This document shows, one piece after another, positions 51,450-63,400 of a stretch of DNA of 64,000 nt. Made by a program: the position numbers and the translations under genes. Source of the stretch: Tetramitus jugosus (lineage: Eukaryota; Protista; Heterolobosea); the NCBI GenBank assembly GCA_937625935.1, contig OW569383.1, forward strand, positions 186,001-250,000, written 5' to 3'. The notes beneath the pieces were generated by a model that saw only the letters and a list, made by a program, of their open reading frames with translations, had not been told where the DNA came from and searched no databases. The first letter of the stretch is position 1. Each line of letters begins with the position of its first letter.

Positions 51450-51711
51450 TCTTTTGTTGCTTTTGTTTGTTGTTTTTCGATGAGTGAAGAAACATGACCT
51501 GAACATTTGAGTGTTGATGAACCACTTTACTTTTTTGGCCAAAAATTACGATTCTTCTCTTGAAGCTTCAAAAAGCAAGTTCGCAATTGCACTCCACTCC
51601 CAAAAAATTTGAGTTCTCACAATTGTAGTTAGCGTTACAAAAGAACAACCAAATCACAGCTTTCTCATTTTGTCACCTCTTTCGTCGTCATCATAAACAA
51701 ATTTGTACAAA

Positions 51712-54700
51712 ATGGATCACTATTCGTATGGTTTAGCTTTAGCCGCTGGTATTGGAAGTGCTGCACTAGGTTACGCAGGCAAGCGTCTCTATCAATATAG
51801 AAAGAACAGACACAATCCTCAATCACTGGGCATCAAGGTGACAAGACTCCAAAAACAAGACACAACTGAAAAGAAAAAGAAGGAAAAAGTAAAGGAGAAG
51901 CAAAATGAGTACTTGTTTGATGTAAAACAGTATTTGGCATCTTTCAAGGAAGGTACTACTACAACTTCGACTGCACAAGTATCAGATGAAAGCAGTACCA
52001 TTAGTGCAGGTGGTGGAGTTTTGGCAAGATTCGAAGGAAAGAAACAGAGATCAGCTCGTATCCTACTGACAGAGTTTGAGAATTTGGTAGAGACACCAAT
52101 TCCAAACATTGGCTTGCTGCCAGAGAAGAACAATTTGTTTGTCTGGCACTGTAACATTATTCCTCAATATGGTGCAAGTAAGGGCGCAGTGTTTCACTTT
52201 ATTATTCGTATTCCTGACGAATACCCAGAGAACGCTCCTACCGCTGAGAACTGTACTCCTAGTGCAGGCTATCTATACCCATTCTCCAGTTGGGATACTA
52301 CAATGTCATTATCTACTGAAATGCAAAGAATTGAACAACAACTCAATGTATTAACTATGGACTTAACGGCACAGACTAAGGCTGTCATTTTACCAAAGGT
52401 TCACCATGATTCAAACAAGCAAGCCTGGCCACCAGTGCCCAAGTCGGGTTTATTGACAATGTTAACAGCAAAGGAAGACACATTTGCAGAAAAGAAAAAG
52501 AAACAACTTGTCTGTTTCTATACCAAGCAAAATCATGAACAGGCCAAACTGGGCTTGGGAATCACTTTCAACAAAAATATTAGAACTGGAGAATTGCAAC
52601 AGATTCGTTGTACTCAGCATCTGGTTTCTCTAAAGGCTTTCAATCGATACAAGATTAGAAATATCGATCGCATGAACTGCACTCACTGGTTGCCTGTTTA
52701 CATTTGTCCATCTCATGCACCAATGCGTTTGGTCGAGAGAGCAATCAGTTTGATCTGTACAGGTACATCTGATTCATTCGAGCCAGATCAAGTGTTGAAG
52801 GTTCTTCCAAAACTGATGAACAATCTCTTGGTTGAGACAGCCACAGGTGTGCTGCCTGGTGTCACTGGACTAAGACTCTACTGTCTCATCCACAGACTCT
52901 TATTGGCCTTGAATGAGCAGTATCCTGCTATTGGTAAGAAGGCAACTCAATTCATCTCTGATTTTATCCACAATGACGCCGCCAGACACAAGAATGTGAC
53001 ACCAAACTTGGGAGAATTGATCGCAATGCTCAGTATCACTGATTTGACTTGGAGTGACTTAAAGGGAGCTTACTATAGAGAGTCAAGTGTGAGAAATGCT
53101 TATTGGATCATTAAAACTCATCCACAATTGGATCCCGAGTACAAGGAGAAGATGAGAAAAAAGAGATTGGAAGAGCTGAAAGAAATGAAAGATGATTCAT
53201 CATCTATTCACGAGTTCGAGGACGAAGAAGAAGAGGAGGAAATTACAGAGGAGGAAAGAATTGAGAAGAGTTTTGCTGTGACAAGAGTAGGCAAACAAAT
53301 TTTGGCCTTCCAGATTTTTATTCAACAGAATATTGCTCAGCCAAGTAACATAACCAGACAACAAATTGCTAAGCAGTACGATGACTTTTTTGGCGCTCCT
53401 GTAGACAATATTGAAACGGCGTTCATTGAAGAGATTGCATTCATAAAAGGAAACAATTTCAGGACGGATGACTATTTGGCAGCTATCGCCATGCCAATTT
53501 TGAGTGATGAAGACCTCGCGGCTCAGTTGATTAGAGATATGCACGAATCCAAAAAGAAGGGCTATCATGGAGAGATAATTCTCAATACAATCATCAAGCC
53601 AGAAGAGTTTGCAAAACTGAACAGAATTGATCTGAAGAAGTTTTTTGAAATCGAAAATTACGAACTGGTGTTGCACTCGGATGAAGCAAAGTGGAAACAA
53701 GAAGCAGAGCAAAGGTGGGGAATCCAATCGATAGTGGAACATTGTTCTTCATGGAGAGAAACATATCTGTGTAACCACTTGAGGGATGTGGTTGAAGGAC
53801 TGAATGATTCTCTGGATTTTGACTATGTGTACAGTACAGCCGAACAATGCAACAACTACATCACCTTCTTGGAACTCGAGCTCTTCAATCCAACAAACCT
53901 GAAATCAAGATACTTCTTCCTCGCCAAGGTATTGGACAAGCTAAATAATTTGAAGACATTTAAGTTGCTAAAGGGAGCAGATGAACTCGATCCAAAGGCT
54001 TTCAAAGCACTCTGTATGGGACTAAATCGTTGCAAGAAACTCAGTACCCTCATCCTCGATAACTGTAAGCTGACCGCAAATGATCTCCAATATCTTCTCA
54101 CGAACGATTTGGTGAGCGATAGCATTACCAAACTAAAATTATCAGGAAATCATATCGGTAACGATGGAGTCGTTTTGATCGCAAAATTCTTGGGTAATCA
54201 TAAAACGTTACCTAATTTGGAAGAACTCTCACTCAACGGATGTAAAATCAACACTGTCAGTCCACTTGCTGATTCGTTGATCTTTAAGACAAAGTTAAAG
54301 GTAGTGGAACTTAAGAATAATGCTATGGGTGGTGAGACCTCTGCCTTGTTGAAGAAAGCAGCTTACTGCACAAGTCTGGAGTCCATTAACGTAGCTGGAA
54401 CCAGTGCGTATATTGATTCAATGAGTCTGACCACCAATCTCACGATCACATCTGCTCTTAAGACGCTCGTTCTCTACAAGGCTCTATCAATTTCTTTGGA
54501 TAGTAATTTCGTGAAAGCCTTTGGAGGTAATACCACATTGACAACACTGGATCTCGGCTGTTCCGGTATCTCCTCTATGCCTCATCTGGGACAAGCATTA
54601 GCAGCGAACAAATCTTTGAAGACTCTAATTCTTCAATCATGTCGAATTTCTGCAGAGGGGCTCTGTCTGCTTGTTGAAAACATCAAAGACAAGGGAGGTC

Positions 54701-55770
54701 TCACTTTGATCGAGGAGCTGGATTTATCAGAGAATCTAATGTATCCAACTGCAATCCTCGAAGAAAATCGTAAATTCTCAAAGAAGGAGAGAAGCGAGTT
54801 TGACATTTTGGGAGAGTTATTAAGCGTTGCACCGAACCTAAAATCTCTAAATCTTGGATCATGTTCCTTGCACTACAAATCACTGGTGAAATTCTCAGAA
54901 GTTTTAGAATCACATGATTCCCTTCATAAGTTAGACCTAAAGAAGAACAAGTACATTGCTAGATCGATCCATCACTTGGTAAATGCGCTCAAGAAGAACA
55001 CTGTACTTGAAGTACTCGACATATCAGGCTCTAATATTGGTGCTTCCGGCGCAATATCTATTAGTGAAGCTGTCCTACACAATGTTGCATTGAAGAACCT
55101 CAGTATTTATGGTAACTTTATTGGGCCTGATGGATGTTGTGGAATTTTGGAAGCGCTCCGAAAGAATCCAAAGTCTTCATTGAAAGAATTGGACATGGGC
55201 TTGAATAGAATCAAGGCTCGCGGTGTCAAGCTCCTAATTGATCTGATCAATGATGAAAAGTACACGTTCCCTCTCACCTATATCGGACTCAAGGATGACC
55301 ATATTAATGACATTATGGCTCTTAGACTGGTTTCCTCAATCGTTAAAACAAAGAATCTAACGAACAAAATTGAAATGATCACACTGCATGGAAACAAGCT
55401 GAGAGGAACCACGATCAACCAGATTGCCAGTGACTTGAGTGTCGCAAATATTAAATTCGATCTGTCCAAGCTCGTAGAAGCCAAACAGCAAGATAAGCAA
55501 CAAAGAACGGTCTACCTCCCAAGTTTAAGCATGTCTATCACCCCAGAGGCAATCAAACGTATGTTCTACAAGAGTTATTGTGGTGCAATTATCAGTGTCG
55601 ACATACATCCCCACAAGCGTAGAGGAGATTTCGCTTCGGCCAAGTACGCATTCGTGGAATTTGCGGAACAAGAGTCTGTCAGTATTGCTATGACACTCGC
55701 TGGCAACAAGAAGAATACGATTGGAAGTAACATTATCAGAATTTATAGAGCTGGCATCACCCAGAATTAA
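51712..55770 (+). CDS. Multidomain protein: hydrophobic N-anchor, E2(UBC)-like domain, unnamed domain, RNI-type LRRs, C-terminal RRM
   Basis: NLFVWHCNI..GAVFHFIIRIPDEYPENAP; LKLSGNHIGNDG-type LRRs; RTVYLPSL...KYAFVEF (RNP2/RNP1). Confidence 0.85.
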   Translation: MDHYSYGLALAAGIGSAALGYAGKRLYQYRKNRHNPQSLGIKVTRLQKQDTTEKKKKEKVKEKQNEYLFDVKQYLASFKEGTTTTSTAQVSDESSTISAGGGVLARFEGKKQRSARILLTEFENLVETPIPNIGLLPEKNNLFVWHCNIIPQYGASKGAVFHFIIRIPDEYPENAPTAENCTPSAGYLYPFSSWDTTMSLSTEMQRIEQQLNVLTMDLTAQTKAVILPKVHHDSNKQAWPPVPKSGLLTMLTAKEDTFAEKKKKQLVCFYTKQNHEQAKLGLGITFNKNIRTGELQQIRCTQHLVSLKAFNRYKIRNIDRMNCTHWLPVYICPSHAPMRLVERAISLICTGTSDSFEPDQVLKVLPKLMNNLLVETATGVLPGVTGLRLYCLIHRLLLALNEQYPAIGKKATQFISDFIHNDAARHKNVTPNLGELIAMLSITDLTWSDLKGAYYRESSVRNAYWIIKTHPQLDPEYKEKMRKKRLEELKEMKDDSSSIHEFEDEEEEEEITEEERIEKSFAVTRVGKQILAFQIFIQQNIAQPSNITRQQIAKQYDDFFGAPVDNIETAFIEEIAFIKGNNFRTDDYLAAIAMPILSDEDLAAQLIRDMHESKKKGYHGEIILNTIIKPEEFAKLNRIDLKKFFEIENYELVLHSDEAKWKQEAEQRWGIQSIVEHCSSWRETYLCNHLRDVVEGLNDSLDFDYVYSTAEQCNNYITFLELELFNPTNLKSRYFFLAKVLDKLNNLKTFKLLKGADELDPKAFKALCMGLNRCKKLSTLILDNCKLTANDLQYLLTNDLVSDSITKLKLSGNHIGNDGVVLIAKFLGNHKTLPNLEELSLNGCKINTVSPLADSLIFKTKLKVVELKNNAMGGETSALLKKAAYCTSLESINVAGTSAYIDSMSLTTNLTITSALKTLVLYKALSISLDSNFVKAFGGNTTLTTLDLGCSGISSMPHLGQALAANKSLKTLILQSCRISAEGLCLLVENIKDKGGLTLIEELDLSENLMYPTAILEENRKFSKKERSEFDILGELLSVAPNLKSLNLGSCSLHYKSLVKFSEVLESHDSLHKLDLKKNKYIARSIHHLVNALKKNTVLEVLDISGSNIGASGAISISEAVLHNVALKNLSIYGNFIGPDGCCGILEALRKNPKSSLKELDMGLNRIKARGVKLLIDLINDEKYTFPLTYIGLKDDHINDIMALRLVSSIVKTKNLTNKIEMITLHGNKLRGTTINQIASDLSVANIKFDLSKLVEAKQQDKQQRTVYLPSLSMSITPEAIKRMFYKSYCGAIISVDIHPHKRRGDFASAKYAFVEFAEQESVSIAMTLAGNKKNTIGSNIIRIYRAGITQN

Positions 55771-55819
55771 CATTCCAATCAACCATAATCACAATAATAA
55801 TAAATTTCGTATATCCAGA

Positions 55820-56692
55820 TTAGATATGACTCTTAATCAAAGCTCCACCATCCAAAGGAAGCAAAGCTCCAGTCATCCACGAAGAAGCCTTGGAGCCCAA
55901 ATACAGTACAATAGAGGTCAAATCCTCAGCTGAGCCAGCTCTTCCCAACGGAACATTCTCCAAGATCAACTCCCCGAAATTTTCCAATGTTTCATGGGTC
56001 ATCTTTGTTGGCACAATTCCAAGAGCGATACAATTGACACGAATACGTTCTTTTGCCAACCGATCAGCCAAATGTTTGGTCAAGTGATGAACAGCAGCCT
56101 TGGAAGTAGAGTAAGCATAGGTTTCCAAGTTGGGAGCACAGACACCGTTGATTGAACCAGTGGTGATGACAGAGGATGTCTCACCAGATGTCTCTGCTGC
56201 CTTTTTCAACAGAGGAAGTGTGTGCTTGGTCATGTGAAACACTGATTTCACATTGAGAGCTAACACCTTGTCCCAAGCACTATCCGGATACGTCTCAATC
56301 GACTCTGCCCAATTCGTTCCCGCGTTATTAATCAAAATATGAACTCCGCCCTGTAGTCTTTTGTCTCCTGAATCGGCCAATTCCTGTATTTTTGAGACAA
56401 CGAACCGACAACCGTCTTCGGTCGCAACGTCCGTCGGAATACTGAGACATGACCCTGCGTTGGCGCCAATTGTTTGAGCCATCTTGTTCAAGAGATCACA
56501 CGTCATATCACACTGTTTGGCGTTTCGGCTCGTGATAATCACGTGAGCACCGTTGACAACGAGACCTTGAGCCATCATGAGACCTACTCCACGACTGCCA
56601 CCAGTGATGAGAGCCACCTTGTCCTTGACTGAGAAAAGCTTGTTCGATTCAAGAGTAGAGAAATTGGATGATTGTGATGATGATGGTTTCAT
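55820..56692 (-). CDS. Short-chain dehydrogenase/reductase
   Basis: TGGSRGVG, NNAG, YSTSK, DGG; C-terminal SHI is PTS1-like. Confidence 0.93.
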   Translation of the reverse strand: MKPSSSQSSNFSTLESNKLFSVKDKVALITGGSRGVGLMMAQGLVVNGAHVIITSRNAKQCDMTCDLLNKMAQTIGANAGSCLSIPTDVATEDGCRFVVSKIQELADSGDKRLQGGVHILINNAGTNWAESIETYPDSAWDKVLALNVKSVFHMTKHTLPLLKKAAETSGETSSVITTGSINGVCAPNLETYAYSTSKAAVHHLTKHLADRLAKERIRVNCIALGIVPTKMTHETLENFGELILENVPLGRAGSAEDLTSIVLYLGSKASSWMTGALLPLDGGALIKSHI

Positions 56693-56852
56693 TGTCACTG
56701 ATTACTCTTGGTTTTAAAAAATCCAACTTTTTATTCCTCCGGAAAATTTGTCTTTTTTGATGAAAGTGAAGGAAGACCAATAAATTTTGATTTGTTTCAG
56801 GTTGTCCTCGTAGAGTATTTGTATTTATTTACAATTGTTTGATGATTCGAGT

Positions 56853-57143
56853 TTAAGGAGTAGGAGTAAACAATGCAGCTCCTCCTGCTCCAACAGCGGC
56901 AGCTGCAGCTCCGGTGACTCCACCAATCGCTCCAATGGATTGGCATGCAGCAACTAGACCTCCGAGAGCCATTGAAGCGACTCCTCCTCCGTTGGCAATG
57001 GCTGCAGCAGACATCATTTTGGCTGCGACACTACCCGCAACGATTCCACCACCAGTGAATCCAAGTACTGTGACTACTGGCACGATGGTGACTGCTGCGA
57101 CGAGACCCACTCCTGTTACGCTTACTGCTGTTACTAAGCCCAT
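56853..57143 (-). CDS. ISG12/IFI27 (Ifi-6-16) family small hydrophobic protein
   Basis: LGFTGGGIVAGSVAAKMMSAAAIANGGGVAS..GLVAACQSIGA is the ISG12 motif. Confidence 0.9.
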   Translation of the reverse strand: MGLVTAVSVTGVGLVAAVTIVPVVTVLGFTGGGIVAGSVAAKMMSAAAIANGGGVASMALGGLVAACQSIGAIGGVTGAAAAAVGAGGAALFTPTP

Positions 57144-57452
57144 TTTTTCTTGTTTGCAACTTTTGTTCTTTTGGTTGTTTTTGGTTTATCGTGGTTAAAA
57201 TTGTGAAGAAGGGTTGGTGCTTCGTTTTATAGTCTATTTCGAAGGGCTTCCTTCAAAATTTCGGACCGAATCGAAATTGGAACGGATTTTTATTTCTGAG
57301 TACATAATCCCAACCTTGTGCAACAGATGCACCAAAAAAGCGAATCACCGCATGGTTGTTGCGCTATTATCTTGTTTGATGAAAGTTTTCAACAATAATT
57401 GTATCCAAATACAAGGTGTTTATTACGATGTAATATCAAGCACAGCATGAAA

Positions 57453-60400
57453 CTATTGAGATCGAGAGGAAGTATCACTATTGAAATTTCGATCATGAAG
57501 CTCCTTGCTCATGCCTCTGACATGTTGATAATGAGCATATTCTGGTGAAACTGAAAATCTGGTGAATGTGTCACAAATGTTGACCAGAACTTCGTTGGAC
57601 ACACCCAAGAACACTTCTTCCGCATCTGCAGCTGTAATGTCATCTTGTTGAGCCAATACCTTTCGATAGTTCTTCACTACTTTACTTGGAAGGTTGCACT
57701 CATAGGGACTTCCTCTTGCAATGCAATCGTCATATAAATCTTGGAGGTACTTCTTTCTCTTTTCAGCTGGTGAGGTCATACTCTCTGATCTCACATCTTC
57801 CAAACGTTTCCAAAGAATAATGTTCTCAAGTGCAAATTCCTTCTTGGCATATGTGGAGATAGCCAAGTAACCATATTCATCTCTCAGCATGTTTTGTAAT
57901 TGAGATTCAATAGTGCTGGTACCCGTCTTCAATTCACTCATGTATTGCTTCAGGCGAGAATAATCTTCATGTTCTCTGTGAAGTTTAACACGTTGGATGA
58001 AACGAACAAGTGTTGACAAGCCACCAAATGCCATTATCCTCAATGAGATGTAAAGAATGTCAAACAAGAATTCAATGATCTTTGCTGCAGAGTTGGGAGA
58101 TGCTCGAGAATCGAACCGATCAGATATACCCACAATATAGGACACAGTCATGACAATCATGGCTGATACCATAAAAACTGATTCAATTCTGAACATCAAT
58201 GGGTCATCTGACTTGAAATGATTCACAAATGTCCACACAATTCTCTTCAAGTATTCAACGTCAGCATTTCCTTCAGACATCTTCTTCAATTCTCTTCTGA
58301 ACAGTTTTCGACTCAAGATGATGGTGCAGTCCCAAATAAATGTTGCCACAATTAACGCACCCAGCAGAAGTGACATGAGGGAGAATGAAAGGGCATTGAC
58401 AGTCGAGGCCGCATTTGCTTTGATTACATTTGTTGCCTCCAGGATGGAAATGACAACAAAGTAAGTGCAAGAAGCAGCAAATACCAGCGAGCCAAGAACA
58501 ACATAGACCAACTTGGATGATAACATCTTTAAGAAGCGAATTTTCTTCAAGTTTCGTTTTTCAACATCCATGATTGCATACAAGTTCTTCAGGAAGAAGT
58601 ATCGAAGCATCTGCCAGAAGTAAATGAATAGTGACAGTAGAACAACTGGGTTCACAATTGTCAGAATCAAGTAGGCAATGCTGTTGATTCCTCTATAATC
58701 CTTTTCGCTGTTGGCTGCGATGAGCAATGAATTTCTGATGATTCCATTCAAAACACACTCCACAATAATGGCTCCCAGTCCAATGTAAGGAGCAAGGAAC
58801 CGAGACTTGATCGGTTGTTTTCTCTTCCAAACAATACTCATAACCAATAGAACGATGCAAATCAGTGCAAAGAATGAATTAACAATGATACTCGTGATGT
58901 AAAGACCATCTGACGCCTTATTGGGTGCCTTTGGATCATAGATGATCATCGCACTGAAACTTGTTGTGTGACTGCAATGACATGTGACACTTTTTTCATC
59001 TTCTTTGTACAACCAGCACCCATCTGTGAACCATGAAGAGTTGGTGTTCTCATCCATAAATCGACATTCAAATCGGAATGATGAATTCTCTTTCTCAACC
59101 TCCTTATTCAGCACAATTTCCAATGGATAATCCAAGTCCATCAATTTAACCTTGGTTTCACCTTGTTTGATTTCAAAGTCAACAACAGGAGTGCTGAAAT
59201 TTGAACTTGTCAGTAGATATGGATTGAAAATATGATTGAAACTGACAGACTGGACAACATATACTTGCTCGGATGACAGTACAGAAATGTTTCTTGGAAT
59301 AGTTACTTGAACATCATTGGTGTAAATGTCTGTTCCACGAATAGTATCACCCGTTTCCTTTTTAACAGAGAGCTGATATGTGTCTGTGACAATATTGGTT
59401 TGATTTTCAGAGATCCATTTGGAACTGGCAACCCAGGCAGAAATCTTGGAGATAGTTGAAATCATTGGATTAGATTGATGAGTTCCCTCAGAGTCATACC
59501 TCACCATCAAATTTGAAACAGCTCTTGCTAATGAATCTGTTGTTGAGTCTCTCAATTCAAGGTTTCCTTGAGCACATAGATCAATGATTTTATCTACGAG
59601 CAAATGGGAGCTTGATGTGACATTTAAAGTCATTGATGCAGTTGTCAATTTTGTCAATGTTTCAATTGCATTGATATTAATTGTTGCAGAACTGATTGAA
59701 ATGGATGAATTTTTTGTTTCTCGATCCAAACGATCTGACATGAAGGACAGGACAGAGCCCACAATTTTTTCGGATTCATTGTTCATTTTGGTCGTAGAAA
59801 GTGAACCCGTGATCGATGTCAAGATATCATTTGAAGATTGGTCATTCAAATTCGAAATAAGATCTTGAAGAATGTTAGTGGTGTCAATATCTGTCAAACT
59901 AATGTTGAGTTGAGCTATTGATTCAATTCCGAAGAAATTTGTGACAGTTCCTTGCACAATTATATGCTTAGAATTCAAATTTGGCAATATCGTTTGAATT
60001 GTTGGTGAGTTCGAGATTGTTTGAAGTGGAATATATCTCTTGCTCGATGGATCAAGATATGAGAATGAATATTGCAGTGGGTAGTATTCAATTAGGTCAG
60101 TGGCACCGATTGAAAACTCAAATTGTGTTTGAAGAGCAGTTCCATTGCATGGAGAACATGATAAAACTTGGATGAGTGAAGCAGATGCAGTTTTTGCTGA
60201 CACAGACACTTCACCCTTATTAGTAAAGTTTCTATATCTGACTCGGTATGTGAATACATACGAGCTATTGGGTTTGAGAAATCCTTGTGACAGAACGAGA
60301 GGGACAACATTGTATGAACTGCCTGAGATCACTGTTATTTCATTCTTCTCCTTCCTCAACACTATCCATTCATAATCCAGCAAATGATTTGGTCGATTCT

Positions 60401-63400
60401 TAGAAACTGATGGTTCAATACGTAACTTATTCCGTGCATCAAGTAGATCTGGTAATGTAGTAGATATTTCTGGAATTGGCATATCGGATAGATCATCAAT
60501 CACAGTTAGTGTCACCTGTGAACTTGCTTTTCGAGAAGGGACAAGTGAATCAGGATAATAGATTACGCTCAGTGTATAGATCCCCACATCTTCATTAAAT
60601 AAAACTGTCGATCGATTGGACGACATAAAGTTTTTGCAACCAACGCAACTCCAATAGAATCTAGAAGTGACATTGTTAGACACAGTGATATCATAACTTT
60701 TCGAAGCGTCGATCGTGTGATTGTGGAAGGCAGTAACCATTCGATTTCCTCCAGATATAATTGTCACGGGGCGGGCTGGTACGACTGTAACACTGACATT
60801 TGTTTGCACTATTGATGAGAAGAGTGCCAGGGTGATGTAGAGAGTCTCTGAAAGTGTTGGAACGAAATCTATGGTGACTGAGTTTTCAAGAGTTTGGTAT
60901 TCTCTTCCATTCACAGTCCATTTCTTGGTCTCAGAAGCACAAACTGGTAAATTTTTGGTTCTCAGAACCAAAGGATACACTTCGAATTGTCTCAAATAAA
61001 GTTGAGAGTCTCCAACATCTATATTCTTTGAATCGACAACAGGTTTGGGTATAATAAATCCTGTTCGTGCTTGTCCAATAGTGATGCCATCATGGATCAC
61101 TTTCACTTGAATGATATTCGAAGAGAATCCAAAGTAGCGAGCAGGCAAGATAATATTTCGACTGGTTTGAGATGATAGATATTCCCCGACTCCTGGTTTC
61201 ATTCCATCATCATTGTACATTGACCATACGTATGTATAACTGCTGTTAAATTTGGAGGTATATGTTGTAAATTCGATATTGTTGCAGAATTGGATCGATG
61301 TTGATGTACCTATACTCACTGTTATCGGGCTACAATCAAGGCCAGAAAAGCCTGGATTGCAAACACAAGTATCGACTCCTGAACAATACCCTTTCCCAGA
61401 ACAAACATCGGAACTATTTTGAGGTATGTTGAAGCAGGTGATTGGTGAGTCGCAAACCATCAAATTTCTGTTCTCTGCTGCACTTGCAAGTTTCCAATCA
61501 GTCACAACTATGCCCGTTACATTTCTAACCTTGACAAGAGAAACAACAGAATACATTATTGCGTTCAAATTCCACGAAGAGGGACTTGAACAATTTCCAA
61601 ACCACCATCCTGAAAGATGTTGAGTTGCACATGCTAGAGTTACACTGTCAGAACTGTGATCAGCAGTACCGAAGGGGACATTAGTATAAGATAGTGCATT
61701 CGTATTGATTGTTAGGGCATAATCAGTATCAGATGATCCGATCTTCATTGAACCAAAGGTTGAAGTTCGATCGAAATGAGAGGTCCAATAATCTATGACT
61801 GTGTAGTTAGCAACTCTGTTCAGTAAGGAAAACTTTTTCAATCCCAAGAAGAAATCTCCGTCCAAACTTCCGAATCCATCTTCATACTTAGTCCATCCAA
61901 CGTTGAAACTGGCGTCTCGGTATTGTCTTCTCTGGAGAACAGTAAAAGTTTGTACTGTCATTCGACAAAGTACTAACATTGACTGACAAAATGGATTGAT
62001 TCTGTACACAGCAGAAGGAGCATCTGGCCATATCTCTCTCACACTCTGGCAATCAACAATATTTCTTTTCTCACTATTAGTGAAGAAGTCTACCTCGATC
62101 ACATCTCCATTTTGATTTAAATATGGACCATAAATGGAAGAAATATTCCTCAGTGTGGATGAGGGATTTCCTGAAGCCATTCTCACTTGGACAGGATCTA
62201 TTGTTCCCCAAAAATTGAATTGTGCATTCACTACAGAGCTTCCTCTGTTGTTGAGTACAAAAGAGCCTGATTTAAATTGGAAGTAGTTTCTATGAATTTT
62301 GACTCCTCCAGTCACATCGACAAGTTGATTAAAACCTGGAAGAATGGTATTATCAGCTATCTTATTGTTTCTGAAGTCGGATAGAACACATCCTATCGTT
62401 GGAAACTTCAGTGAGACCACTTGATTAAAAATTAAATTATTAGAGAAAATATTACTTTCAATCAGGATTGGTTGTGAGCAATTCACAGTTTCAAATGACA
62501 GAATACAACTGGCATTGTTCCTTTGGAATGTGTTCTTCTGAATGTAAAATTGTCCCTCACTTTGTTTGTTAATCGTAACAGCTCCAGTGCATTCTGTAAA
62601 CTCATTATTATTGACTGTTCCAACATCAGCTTTAGTCTTGACATTCAACGGATCTCCTAAATTCGCGAAACGATTGCCAGTAATACTCAATTGACCATGT
62701 TCACTATCTACTTTTACACCAGTACCCATACCAACAAATTGATTCTTTGTTATTGAAACTGATGCAGAGTTCTTTGATACCACCTCCATTATGGGAGCGT
62801 TTCCATCGATCTGAAATAAATTATCGTTGATATCCGTGGTCGATGATGAACCGGTTGCTTTGATGTAGATAATGGGATTGACACTGGAATTGTTGGAAGA
62901 CATATTACTGTACTTGATCTCCACATTCTCTGTATCCTGTGTTTGAATTGCATATTCATCCACTTCTTCGAAGCGAGAATATGAAATGACCAATGATCGA
63001 CCTTCTCGTGTCTGTAGTGTAATACCTTTCCCACAGACAACATAAACCAGCAGTATCTGGGATGAATTTGAAGTAATTTTTGGTTGAGAGACAGCGTTCA
63101 GGCTTCGGATATGAGTATGCGATGTGAGACTTCCTTGCATGTGTAGAGTTGCATTCAGGAGTGAAAGGGCCCCATTTCCACTAAAAATCAACTCAGCACC
63201 AGGATACCCAGCTAGAGAATTATTTGTCACCTTGATTGGTCTGTTGATGAGATATCGATAATTCGTCTCAAGATTAGTGCTCATTACAATGTGTTGAGAC
63301 AAGATGATGCTTGTATTTGACATTGTTCCGAGACTCACAATCAAATTGCCATAACCACTCGGAAGAACAATACCACTCCATAAGCTATTAGAGAAGCTTG

